64,000 nucleotides of DNA from Diplonema japonicum (Eukaryota; Protista; Euglenozoa: Diplonemea). The stretch's first letter is position 1, and every line of letters begins with the position of its first letter. Under the pieces are notes generated by a model that was given only the letters and a program-made list of their open reading frames with translations, had not been told where the DNA came from and did no database searches. Location of the stretch: NCBI GenBank assembly GCA_964019335.1, contig OZ025651.1, positions 186,001-250,000 on the forward strand, in the 5' to 3' direction. Below, one piece after another: positions 40,497 through 52,622 of this stretch. Made by a program: the position numbers and the translations under genes.

Positions 40497-42499
40497 CCCG
40501 CTTGTTCTCTTTATTTTGAGTTGTGTGCCTCCACCCCCACCTTTGTCAAGAATCAGTCCGGCTGGGAATTGAAGAAAAAAAAAATCCCCTTTTTCATGCG
40601 GGATTTTTTTTTTTGAAGGGAAAAAAAAGAAAATGCAACTAAAAGGACAGGGGGAGGGGAGGAGGAAAGGAGAAGTTCTTTGGGAAGAGGGTTCAAAAGA
40701 AAAAAAAAGTGGGGGGTGGGTGGGAACAAATTGTAATAAATCGATCAATGGGGGGGGGGGGGGGGGGGGAGAGAGGCAGTACGAGGGGATTTGAGGAAGC
40801 CACGTACCCCCTTCTTTTTTTTCGATGTGGCACATAACAGTTTGCCACGGGGACATATTTCCTTTTTGGACCAGTACTCCTGCGCCACAATGGGTATGAA
40901 AGGGGGAGGGGGGAGAAAAAAATAAAAAAGGGAACTGAGGGAATGATAAAGGCAAACGCTGATTGGGGGGGGGAAAGGGGCAAGAGAATAAAAAAAGAAA
41001 AAGAAAAAAAAATTACTTCGATGCAGTATTTAGCAATGACTAATGACTTGCTAAACACACACCCCCCTTTTTTTCGGGGCTTCACTTCTGACCTTGACTG
41101 AAGGCACAAGATTCTGTTGTTTGTCTTTTGGAGGTGATTTCCGCAGGGGCTGTTGGTGCGGAAAAAGAAGAAGAAAAAATAAAAATGAAAGACGTTACAT
41201 TCACTGCAATTACCGTCCCTTCTCGATGCAAAAAAAAAAGGCAAGTCAGAAAATGTTTCCCCCCCCCCCCCCCCCCCCCCTCTCTCTCTCTTTGTTGTTG
41301 GGCATGCCCCTCCCCCTCTTGTCCCCATTCCCTTGTCTGGGAACAGAAAAGGAGGAACATAAGGGGGAAACAGCAGGATGAAGAAACAAAGAATATGAAA
41401 AAAAAAAAAACCCCCAAGCCACCCAGTGCATGGTGTGTTCTCTCGTCGTCTTTGGGTGAGGCACTTCTTTGAAGGAAAGAAGTACTTTTCAAAAGAAAAA
41501 GGGGGGGGGGGGGGAAAGAAGAAAAAAAGAAAATGTGAGCATGAAGACAACAAGTGGGGCAGGCTTTTGGAGGAAGCTGAGGGGACGAGGAGTGAGAGAG
41601 AAGAGAAAAAAAAATCATTTTAAAAAAAAAAATTAAAAAAAAAAAAAACCATCAAGAACCGACTAGTATAAAAAGCCATTATCCGGTAATTGGCACCAAC
41701 AACTAAGAGAGCGTGAAAAATTGTGGTGTAAAACTATCTACATGGATATTACATTGAAGTTTTCCCCCCTCCCTCCCACATTGACAGAGTGCCGTAAATT
41801 TGATCCTTTTGTTATTAAACAGTTGTTTCTAGATGGTTTTTCTTTAAAAAAAAAAAAGAAAAAAAAAAAAAAAAAAGGAAAAAGGGAAGTGGGGTGGATT
41901 GGGGAGGAACAATTAAGATAAAAAATAGAAGGAAAAAAAAAAACCAAAATAAGTGGCTATGAAGGGGGGGTACATGGAAAGGGGGGGGGGGGAGGATCAC
42001 AAGAGTACTGACGCACATTCTGAAACTCCGCCCTACCCGAAAGCCTAAGCGATTCCAGGTTGGTAGCAAAGAATGCATGCATTTAAAATATTGATAAAGT
42101 ACATGTGAACTACGTGCGTCCACCACGAAGGTGAGTGTGGTTTTTTTTTTTTTTTAAATTATTTTTTAAATTTTCAAAGGAAAGTATATCCAAATGGGGA
42201 TAGCTTGATCAAAAAGAAATAACATGGGGGGGAAGAGGGGAGAAAATAAAAAAAAATCAGACTTTTTAATAAAACTCTTTTTCTTTTTTTTTTTTTCGCC
42301 TGTACAACGATGATTTGGGTGAGAAAAATAATAAGAAATCTTTTTTTTTAAATCTTTTAGCACGTACTGCCCCAGTTCTTTTGTTAGAACTACTTTTTTT
42401 TTTTCCTTCTTTTTTTTATTTCGTTATTCTTCGCCGTGCATCAAACAAAGCCTTTTTTTTCTTTCTTTCTTTCATTCTTCTTTTTTTTTCTTTTTTTTT

Positions 42500-42802
42500 T
42501 TACTTTCTCCCATCGTTACGGTAACCGTTTTGCGAAGCCTTGTTGTATAATTTTAAAAAAAAGGGGGGAAAGATAACATACCCCTCCCTGCTGAGGTGCC
42601 ATCCTGTTGCCATTACCGCTATAGTTATTTCTGTTGTTCGAGTACATGTTGTATGCATCGTTTCTGTTGAAAGGTTGCCTTTGGAAACCGTTGGAGGCGC
42701 CACCCCTTCCGCCCTTGTTGCCCCAAGAGGGGGCCTGCCTGTGGCCGCCCTTCCATCCGTGCTGCGGGTGGCCGTTACCCATGTTTTGCCTGTTAAAAGA
42801 AA

Positions 42803-42856
<54 letters not shown>

Positions 42857-44554
42857 CAACATACTCCTCCATAGCCCTGTTAACCTTTGGCGGGTGTTGC
42901 GGGGCATCATCATGACTCGACAACTTGCTGCCTTGGTACCCGGTGAGCCCGTGGCAGTACCCCTGTGCGGTTGAATGGTTTTTTTTTTTTTTTTTTTCTT
43001 TTTCTTTTTTTTTTTTTTAATTCTTACCTTGTACGAGTCACCATAAGTAAACCCAGATGACGTTACAGATTTTGAAATGTTCTCCTTCAAAAGTCTCGCG
43101 TTGATGGGAGCACGGGGTGCTGCGCAGCCTTCGCAGGTCGTGAGCTTAGGGCTGTTTACCTTCATGCACTGCATGCAAGGCCACCTAGTGCCGCCACGAG
43201 CAAAGGCGACCTGAAGCTTGAAGTTCTGCCTGGTTTCACCGTCCTCACCGCAGATGGCATCCAGAGCAGAGGCAAGCGAGTAGTACTCAACAAAGACGAC
43301 CCTCTCGTGCCTGAGGATGGCGTTGGTGATCCCGTACTGGTTGAAGTAGGGCCCCAGGTCGTTCATGAAGCTGTTGTAATGCTGCTCGTCGCACAGCATG
43401 CTGTTCCAGGCCTCGTGCTCCTCGGCCACCACAGACAGGATGAAAAGCTCCTCTGAGTAGGTGCACCATATGCTCTGCCCGTCGACGTCCCTCCCGCTTT
43501 CCCCCTCCACCGCCCTCCTCGCACAGTCCGGTGTGTCGAACAGGACCTGCCCCTCAGCAAGGATGCGCGGGGTGTCCTGCTGTGTCGGCTTCACCCACCC
43601 CTTCGCGTTGTTGTGCGTCGCAAACTTCATGAACACCTTGTTCAGCGTTTTGTCGGTGATGTTGGTGGGCACGTTGGACACAAGCACGCAGTGACTGTTA
43701 AGAGAGGACGGAGGGGGGCTCACAGGGACCTCAGACGAAGGCTCTGCGTTCATGTACCCACGTTGGCTCCTCGGGGTGACGGTGGGCGGGTAAGAGGAAG
43801 GGTACGGGGCGGGCATCTGCATGTCGTACCCTGTGCTGTAGGCGTACGGCTGCTTGATGTAGTTAGACGTCACCATGTTAGAGTGCATGGGGTCCTCCTG
43901 CACGGGGCCTTCGTACGGCTGTGCCGGTGCCTGTGTTTGGGGAGGTTGTTGCTGCTGGTAGTCGGTGTAGGGGTAGTACGGTGGTTGTTGTGGATGCTGT
44001 TGCGCCTGGGACTGGGACTGGGGCTGCTGCTGCTGCTGCGGCGGCTGCTGTTGCGGCGGCTGTTGTTGCTGCTGGGGCATGAGAGGTTGCTGTGGGAGCT
44101 GCTGGTGCATGTCAGGGACCATCTCTGGGGCAGCCTGTTCGGGCTGCTGGAAGTACTCGTCGCAAGCCATCAACTGGTTCTCATAGGCCTCGATACCCTC
44201 GTCATGCTGCTTGAGGCCGCACATGTACCCCTGGCACACGCTGTTGGCCTGCGACTGCTCGTTCCAAGACCTGCACAGTGCACACTGCCACCAACCCTTG
44301 CGAGTGGGCTCCGAGCTGTTGAAGAATGCAGCTGTTACCCTCAAGGTCTTCTCGTTCACTCGCCTCCCGTCCTCGTTGCTCACCGCATCCAAGGCGTCCA
44401 TCATGTTGGCAAAGGTCACCAACCCCTGATCCCCGTGGCTCCTCCACGCCCTCAGGATCTTCCCATACCTCCTGAACGCCGCCAGCAGCTGCAACGTTGT
44501 GCACTGGCTAGGCAGATCGTCCACGACTATGGTACCCGGCTTGTTGGCACTCAT
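42500..44554 (-). CDS. RNA-binding protein with three RRMs, two RanBP2-type zinc fingers and Q/P/Y- and G/N-rich low-complexity regions; introns at 42963-43027, 42790-42864 and 42539-42581
   Basis: RRM-like segments; WQCALCRSWN...C..YMC and WPCMQCMKVN...CEGC zinc fingers. The polyK and polyF stretches in the ORF track lie inside GT-AG introns. Confidence 0.85.
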
Positions 44555-44636
44555 GTTTATTATTTATTTATTTTCTTATTTCTTTTTTTTTCTTTTTGTT
44601 TTCTTCTTCTTTTTTTTTGATGCCTTTTGTTTTTTG

Positions 44637-44678
<42 letters not shown>

Positions 44679-44899
44679 CCTGAGGTTACGAGAAGGAAAA
44701 AAAAACAAAAACAAAAAAGCACACAACATAAATAAAAAAGATGGTGTTTAAGGGGGGAGGGGGAGGGTGAGGGTGGGCATGAAAAGCGACGCTCTTCTGA
44801 ATCCGACACAGCAGCGGCAGATTTCCCCCTTTCCGTACCTCTTTTTTCTTCTTCCTCTACACATTACTAGTGAAACACTTTGATATAAACCCGGCTTTT

Positions 44900-45523
44900 T
44901 TACTCTTTTTTCTCCTCGCTTTGCTTCTGCTCTACTTCCTCGCTCTTCTTCTGCTCTTCTTCCTCGCTCTTCTTTTGTTTCTCTTCCTTCTCCTGTTTCT
45001 TTTCCTTCATCTTCTTATCTTTCCGATTAATGCTTGCTACCCAGCCAAACGCCGATCGCACAATGGCAGGCACTTCGCTGTTTCGGTACCTGAGGTCCTT
45101 GGCTTCTTTGGGAGTGTACCATTCTACCCTCGCGGTCTCCTTGTCCCGCAGAGAGAGATCGATTTCAGGTGTTTCTACCTTGTAGCCAAAGTACTCGACA
45201 GACTTTGTCGCAGGTACCTTTTTTTGGTTTTCGCCCTCAGCTGCTGGCAGGTATTCGTTCATATCGTAGGTGCTGCTATGTATGTAGTGCAGATTCTCTG
45301 GCTTAACATTTATCACCCCTGTTTCCTTCTGTAGCTTTGCCACCGCCACTTCCTTTGCCTTCTCTCCTTGCAGAACCTTTCCTTTCGGTAGCTCCCACCC
45401 GTAGATTTTTGTCTTGCCTGCGTATGTTGGTAAACACCTCCTCATGAGTAAGATTTTAGGTGTTTCCCCTGTTCTGACTACCGCCACACCCGCAGACCGG
45501 ATAAACATTTTCGCCACACACAT
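44900..45523 (-). CDS. Nudix-fold protein (Ap4A-hydrolase-like) with a degenerate Nudix box and a K/E-rich tail
   Basis: SAGVAV...ILLMRR...WELPKGKVLQGEKAKEVAVAKLQKETGV...KSVEYF...VEWYTPKEA. Confidence 0.8.
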   Translation of the reverse strand: MCVAKMFIRSAGVAVVRTGETPKILLMRRCLPTYAGKTKIYGWELPKGKVLQGEKAKEVAVAKLQKETGVINVKPENLHYIHSSTYDMNEYLPAAEGENQKKVPATKSVEYFGYKVETPEIDLSLRDKETARVEWYTPKEAKDLRYRNSEVPAIVRSAFGWVASINRKDKKMKEKKQEKEEKQKKSEEEEQKKSEEVEQKQSEEKKE

Positions 45524-46153
45524 TTTTTCCCCCCTTCCCTCTTCCTTAAAAGGTGTTGAAAGCTTTTTATTGCTTGAAGAAAGGAAAAAAGAGGTGAGGG
45601 GGAAAGAGGACAACGAAAGGAAAAAAAAAAAGAAGACACTGCATGAAAGATAAAGGGTCTTACCATGCACAGCTGGAGGATAAGAAGAAGGGGGGGGGGG
45701 GGGGGGAAACTAAACAAAAAAAAAGGGGGAAAAGGAAAACGGGTTTAAAAAAATACAAAAAAAAAAAAAAAAAAGAGGGAAGAAGAAGGAAAACAAAAAT
45801 CAGATCTTTACTAGTTGGTACTAAAAAAAATAAAACCCGCCCTTTCCCTTCCATCACAAGAAACGAGACTTTTTAACAAGCCAGACCCCTGTGCCACCTT
45901 TAGTATACACCACTATTTATACTAACACGTGTCGTTTGCATTTTATATCATGTAATAGCTTTTATATTCTCTCTCTCTCTCTCTCTCTTTGAATGAAAAA
46001 GCTGAAAGAATCCGAGCGATACTTGGGGGGGATATTTTTATTAAAAAGTTAAAAGGAAGTCGCTCCCCCTCCCCCCACAGCATTTCCCCCTTTCTTTTTT
46101 CTCTTACAGGGGGGAGGGGGAGGTTAGTTAGGGGGAAACAATAAAGTGTTTTT

Positions 46154-46185
<32 letters not shown>

Positions 46186-46233
46186 GAAACACGGTAGGGT
46201 GCAAGAAACACTTTTTTTTTTTTATTATTATTC

Positions 46234-47274
46234 TTACATATCGGTACCGTCAGACGCCTGGAAGGGGCGTTGAAGGTACTCTAAATATTGAGCAAGCAGT
46301 GGAGAGGGAGTCAGCCTACTGTCATTCTGGGCGGCGTATGAGATGTACAAGCCAAGACCAAACGAGGCCACCACCAGAACGACTGACAGCCAGAGGGGGA
46401 TCGTGAGGGGAGGTGTTTTCGCACTCTTCGATGTGTCCTTCCCATTTGCAGCATTGGCCTCTACCAAGGTCGCTATTTGCGCGCTTGCTTCGTTCCTTTC
46501 CCTTATAAGCCTCTGGTTCTCATCCAGAATGCTGGTCATGGTGTCCGGCCTGTCGGACGTTCTCGCCTGGTACTCCCTGTTTGCGTCGGTAGCCTTCTTC
46601 TTCGGCACCGCCACCGCCGTGACACAGTCTCTGTCTTGTATCAAGAGCAAATATTGAAGCTTTGCCACGCCGCCATCTGCAGCTTTCCACATTTTGCCGA
46701 TCCCGTCTCTCTCTTCTGCTTCATCCCTCGTGGTTCTTCCGGGTTTCCGGTGGTTTTCCAGCGTGTCCTATTTTTTTTTTTTTTTTTTTTTTTTTGGTAG
46801 AAATCTTTTGAAGAAAAGAAAGAAAAAAAAAGTAAACCTGTTCCGACTGCGTCACCGTTCTTATCTCTAATTGGAATTTGTCATCTCCGTTGTCACCGGT
46901 CTTCGGTCGGACTACAAAAAAAAAAGAAAAATTGATAAAAAAGATGTCTTTGAAGGGAACCTGCAGTATGTGACAGGATCGCCTAAAAAAAAAAAAAAAA
47001 AAAGAGAAAGAAAACGAAAATACCCGTAATCTCCCTTGTCTGTCCCGGTGTAAGCATCCCAACCGACTGCTTAACGACATATTTCTGTGGGGCGCTTGTC
47101 TTTAGCTTGAATAACAGCGTTCTGCTAGCTTCTTGACTCGTAATGCTGATAACGCCAATTTTCTTACCATCTTCCTCTGTAACAAAAAAAAAAAATAGTT
47201 TTTTCTTATTTCCCCCTACCTGTAGAGAGGCATATCCCTCCAGGGGTAACCACTGCCTTGGGGTCCGATATCAT
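46234..47274 (-). CDS. VAP-like protein (MSP domain, coiled coil, C-terminal TM); introns at 47177-47219, 46912-47023 and 46768-46837
   Basis: Manual splicing gives MISDPKAVVTPGGICL...LLFKLKTSAPQKYVVKQSVGMLTPGQTREITVRP...DKFQLE (MSP signature FK.KT..P.+Y.V+...G...PG), then a coiled coil and TM LWLSVVLVVASFGLGLYISY. Confidence 0.82.
46943..46984 (-). mobile_element. About 40-bp remnant of the LINE family-2 3' end inside VAP intron 2
   Basis: aagggaacctgcagtatgtgacaggatcgcct versus aagggtacctgcggtatgtgacaggacgcct at 52097-52127; A-runs on both sides. Confidence 0.7.
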
Positions 47275-47514
47275 CTCGTCCTGGTGATGGATCTTTCAAA
47301 AAAAAAAGGGGGCGAGGAAATGCCAAGAAAGCGAACGGCAGGGGGAAGACAAAAAAAAGTAGAGGGGGATAAAAAGGGGGGTTATTTTAAAAAAAATACA
47401 CTGTTGTGGACTCCACTACCTTTTTTTTTTTCCCTCTTTTTTTTCTTTCTTTATGAAATCTACAAAGAAGTGCCAAAATCTAAGGGGGGGGGGAACTAAA
47501 AAGGGATGTTCTAT

Positions 47515-50500
47515 TTACAGGGCAAACTTGTTGTTAGAGTACCTCCCGGGAGTAGGGGTCAAGGGGGTACCAAACATAGGTCCCTGCGGCTTCTGGCTGA
47601 CGCTGATGCCTCGAGAGGAGAGAATCTGGTGTGTGATACTTTCCATCTCTTTCATTGCCAGCTGCCGAGCTGTGGCTGGGGAAGCAACTGCGGGTGCAGA
47701 CTGTTCCCATTGCCCCGGCGGTGGTGTCACCGGCCTGCTGACGCTTGTCACGCTAGGCGATGGCAACTGATGAGGCTGCAGAGGCAGAGGCACAGAGTTC
47801 GCCTGCCCTCTCTCAGCCAGGATGGCTTCTAGAGCGATGAGAGATGCCTTCTGGTCTCTCTTCAGCACTTCTTCTAACATATCTATTCTGCACATTAGGT
47901 GCTGCATCTTGTCGTCGCTCACATAGCCGCTTGCTGGCGTCATTGTTTCCTTTTCTTTGTCAGTTATCCTCCTGCGCAGCTCATTGGTCAGCTGGTGTGC
48001 CTCCTGTGTCTCTTTCCTCAGCATCATCAGTTCCTTCGCCAACTCTTCCCGCTCTCCTTCTGTGCTGTTCAGCACGTTGCTCTGGGTACCGCTTGTGTAC
48101 AACCTCGTATCGGTCTGCATGTCGCTCACCTGCGACACCTTCTGCAGCTCCGTGGCGAGCATTTTGATCTGCTGCTGGAGTGCCTCCATCCCCCTGAACT
48201 GCTCCGACATGCTATCCGTCGATCGTGCCTGCAGCTGGGTCAGACCGGTCTGAGATTTGTGTTATTCTCTTTTCTTTTTTTTGTTCCGTGCTGGCAATAC
48301 CTGTAAGGCATTGATTGTTGCCTTGTTGCCGTTGACCTCCTCAACCAGAGGTGCAATCTTACTGAGCACTAGCTGTTGCTGTTTCAAGACAGTATCCAGA
48401 GTACTGGTGTCCATTTCGCCGTTCCGTGCCATCTCAGGGAGCCCGTTTTCACTTAGTTTGCTTTCAAGTTGAACGATACGCTGCTTGGTCTCTGCATGCC
48501 CCTCGGCAGCTGTTCTGAGCTCCTCGATCTGCGATGCAATACAACTTGAACACCTGGCATACCTTTGGCCTCAAAGCAGACAGCCCCTCGCACCACTCAG
48601 CTGTGATGTTGTTGACGCTCTGCGTGAGCTTATCTGTGTTGGCCAAGGCTTTCTTCCCTGCGGTCATTGCACTAATTGCCTTTGTGTTGGCTTCTTCTAC
48701 AGGAACCTGCCACGCCATGAGTGACGCCTGCTGCCTCTCCAAAGTTGCTTCTATCGTTTGCATCCTGCTTTCTGTCCTCCTGGGCATTTTCTCTTCCAAC
48801 GAAAGCACCTTCTCGCTGAGCTGTGCGTTGGTCGCCTTGCACTCTGCGACAGACAGCTCGAGGTTGCTGTTGCCCGACGCCTGCAGCTCTTCCAGCTTCT
48901 TGCTCAACGTGTCGAGCTTGAGCCTTTGGCTGCTCTGTGACTGAATCGTGTGCGCGTTCTCCACTTCGACAGCCTCGAGGCGCGATCTCGCCCACTTGCT
49001 GCCCTCCTCCAGTACTTCGATCCTCTCCACCATCTTGTTGCTGAAGGACGGGTCCATCAACGCCGCTCCGTTGCTCTTCTCGAGTTTCTCTCCGATATCC
49101 AGCTCCACGGTGTTCACCTTTGTGTTTATGACCTCTAGCTGGCCTTGCACGTTCCGCACCGCCTTCTCAGCACCGATACCGATCATCTCCTGTTCATTCC
49201 TGCTCTCCGTCACCGCCTCCTGCAGTGCTTTGAGCACCTCTTCTTGTTTGCCGAGAGCCTGGCCTACTTTCTTAGCCATGCTGTGGGTGTGTGTTGTGGC
49301 CACTTGCGAATGACATACTCTGTAAGTGCCAGCTCCAATGAGTTCACCTTGTCGTCAACAGCGGAGAATGCCGAAGTCATGTCGCCAGCAGGGGCATCGC
49401 TTGGCTGCATGTCTTTGCTGAGTATTGCCACCTGTTGCGCCAGGACCTCACAAGCAGCACCAACCTTGTCAATTCTCGCAAGCGCGAGTTCGGACTGGTC
49501 CCTCAGTGCTTCACCTGCCTTGATGTCAAGGCTGTGCCCTAGCACGGATATTACGTCGCTCACCTTCTTCTCCGTTTGTATGTGTGCAGACGTCAGATCC
49601 TGCCGTGGGTTCAGGTGACCACAATGCATACCGTGTTCTGCTTTTGTAGCCCTTCGATCAAGTCTGCCATGTCGGACAGCTGAGGCTTCAAGCCGTCTTC
49701 CAATCTTTGCAGCCCGTACTTCATGTCGCCCCACGTGTCTTGGCCATCAGGCGGGGGCACAGGAGTCGTGTGCATCGGGGTACCCATCTTACTGTTCGAA
49801 GGTGTCCCAAGATGCTGCTTCAGCGATGTGTTTCCTTGTTCGAAACGTGGATGCTTCGCACCATGGCTCTTCATGTCGGTATAGCTGACATGGCTAGGGC
49901 CAGGGCCGGGGCCGGGGATGGCAGCAACAGTAGACGGCGTAGTGTGGAGGTTCCCCCTGCTGGGGGTTGCTGCCTCCATGAGGGAGCTCACCGTCGATCG
50001 CACATTGTGAGAAACAGGCGAAGGGGAGGGCAGGCTTGCGAGGCCCTTGCTGACAATGTCCTGTCCAGCAACTAGCACGTTGTCGTCCATGCTGTTCCCC
50101 CCTTTTCCTGATGTACGTAATTGTTGCAATAACGATATGTGCTCTTCTAATGTACTAACAATTGCGGCGTAGCCCGCGTTCCACGCCTGCTTCGGCAGGT
50201 GCATGGCCCTCCTCTCGCCGATCAGTGTGGGCGCCAATCGCTTCCCTTCGTCGGTATGCTGCGCACAAAGCAGCTTGTTGCACCGCAGCGTGAGACTGAT
50301 CAACCTCGAGGAGTTGTTCGATTTCTCCACATCACCAACAGAGAGCTCCTGCAGTGTGGTATTCCCTAGCAGCTTGTCGGCCGCCAGCTTGCCTGCATCG
50401 GGGGATGCCTCCAGCTCTGTCACCAGCTGCGACAACGTGTGGTTACACGCAATGAGATCTGCAACTGCGCCCTCGCCCTCTTCGTTCAGCACCACGCCCT

Positions 50501-51383
50501 GCAGGTCAAGCTTTGTGAGGTGTTTGTTGGCTCTGAGTGCGCCGAGGAGCTCGATGGCAGGACCCTTTGGAATACTGTTGAACCCAATAAAGAGCTCTTT
50601 CAGTGTGCACAGGGGGTTTTGCAGAGCAGACGCGAATGCCAGCACGCCTGTGCTGCCCGCCGCGTTCGAGCGCAAGTTCACCTTACTCAACGTTGACCAC
50701 TCTTCGCAGAGGGAACCCGCCAGTGCCTCGGCACCCGGCGTGCCTATCCTGTTGCCTCCTAAGTCCAAGGATGTCAGGCTGCTCTCTTTAAACGCGGCAA
50801 CGAGGTCTGTGATCCCCCTGTCGCCGATGTCGTTGAACCGCAGCGACAGATGCTTGATATTGTGGTTACCTTTTATCCCCTCTGCGATGCTGCTGCAACC
50901 ACTGTCGTCGATGTTGTTCTTCTGAAGCGAGAGATGTGTGATGGACCGGTTGGAGCGGAGCATCTCGCCGATGGCCAGCGCACCCAGACCTGAGATTCTG
51001 TTTGCCCGAAGGTCCAGCTTGGATACGCTCCGTGACGTTGCTACGCAGTTGGCGATGAGCTTGCATCCTGTGTCCTCGAGAGCGTTCTCACCAAGCTTGA
51101 TGGTGTGCATGTTACTGCCTTCGACTATGGTGGTCAGGACCTTGGCACCTTTCCATGTCACGGCGTTGCCCTCCAGGTCCAGGACGCACACGTCGCTCTT
51201 CACTCCGATGAGGCCCTCCACCACTGCCTCCACAGCAACGTCGGCTAAGGGATGTATCCTGTGCGATAGGGAGCATTCTATGTCGCCGCCACTACGCAGG
51301 GCCACGAGAAGCTCCACAGCAGGTTCCACACCGTACTTGGCGCAGGCCTGGGTGTACGACCCCGCCATGTCTACCTCCCCCAT
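47515..51383 (-). CDS. RNI-like/NLRC3-type leucine-rich-repeat protein with a long coiled-coil C-terminus; introns at 49600-49631, 49281-49318, 48529-48562 and 48250-48300
   Basis: 28-aa LRRs (L.L..N.I...G...IA..L..N..I). Four GTAT...CAG introns (32, 38, 34 and 51 nt) join the ORFs into one frame. Confidence 0.87.
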
Positions 51384-51516
51384 GGTGCCTGTGGTGGTAC
51401 AGCCCGACAGAGGGGAAAGACGGGGGGGGAAAACAAAGGATCGTCAAAAGAAAAAAAAAATCAACACAGTTTTGGAGAGCGTCAAAATGAAGAAAAATAA
51501 TGACATTCAAACTTCT

Positions 51517-51550
<34 letters not shown>

Positions 51551-52087
51551 CCTCCGCCGTAAAAAAAGAAACAAGAATACACAAGGCAAGGTGCGCCAAA
51601 GGAAAGAGAAGCTTAGGTTGGTAGATTGCGGAGCGAGTGCGCGAGTTCTTGAAGAACCGCAGGTGCCTTCACATGACGTTGCCGTCACCTAGGACCAGGC
51701 ATTCTCGTACGCGCACAGACAGTCCTACCTGCCAGTTGCGTCGTGTGAATAACTTAAGAAAGAGCGAAATAAAAAAGAGTAGCTGGCGTTGCTCGTTGCC
51801 CAACAACAAGAAAAAGAAACAAAAACGTGAGCTCGAAGGACACTTTCTTTTATATTATATGCTGTCATTTCTTTCTTTCGAAGAAAAAAAACTCAAAGTT
51901 GGAGGGGGGAGGGGGGAGGGGGAATAATACTAAGATCCGCTAACTCGCCACCCCCCCCCCCCCCCCCATGTTTCTCCTTTTTTTCTCTTACCTAAAAAAA
52001 AAAAAAAACTACTGCTCAGTTTCTTTTTTTTTCTCGCAAATAAATAGTAAGAAGTAGTAAGGAAGAAAAAAAAAAAAAAAAAAAAAA

Positions 52088-52579
52088 GAGACATTTAAGG
52101 GTACCTGCGGTATGTGACAGGACGCCTGAAGAGTCTCAATCTATCTTTTGATCGAACCTTTCTGTTGTGGTGTGGCCTTCGGCCCCTCGTTCACCCTCCT
52201 CGGTACCTTAGGTATAAAACCCTCAACCGAGTTGGTAAGGACACAATAGTTGTACAGTTGTTTCTCAAGGATGTGGCGGGTCGCCGGGGAGGCGAATACC
52301 GGTCTAGAGGAGTAGCCCCTTATGGAGCCGTTGTAGTAACCCAACGTGCGTAGGGAGTGGACAGAGTCTACCGAAGCAGCTGGAATGAGGGGCGCCATGC
52401 GCTTATTGGTGTGGATGCGTTCTAGTGCCGCTATCACCCGGCCTATGACACGCGCTCTCCTGGATGTCCTCACCCTCTCCACAAGGCGAGAGTCCCTCTG
52501 TGGCAATGAAGTCTACTGCCAGCTCAAGCCTGGAGACCTGTCCACCTGTTGTGCCCCAGTGAAGGGCCGAGAGCCATCG
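52088..52579 (-). mobile_element. 5'-truncated copy of a related LINE (family 2): ORF2 C-terminal domain and 3' UTR, with one frameshift
   Basis: RWLSALHW...VSRLELAVDF / RARVIGRV...IPAASVDSVHSLRTLG...GYSSRPVFASPATRHILE aligns with KWLKQLRW...VSTVELALDF...KARRLHTV...FPAEPCKRVHTLRSIG...GWSRRAIFASTKTKYDLE of ORF2. GAAG(A)n occurs on both flanks. Confidence 0.85.
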
Positions 52580-52622
52580 AAAAAAAAGAAGAAAAAAAAA
52601 CCCCCTCACAACAATATCACCT

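Noticed and set aside
51580-51850. Complex-sequence island upstream of the LRR gene
   Set aside because: The minus-strand frames I translated contain stops, with no consistent splice model or motif.
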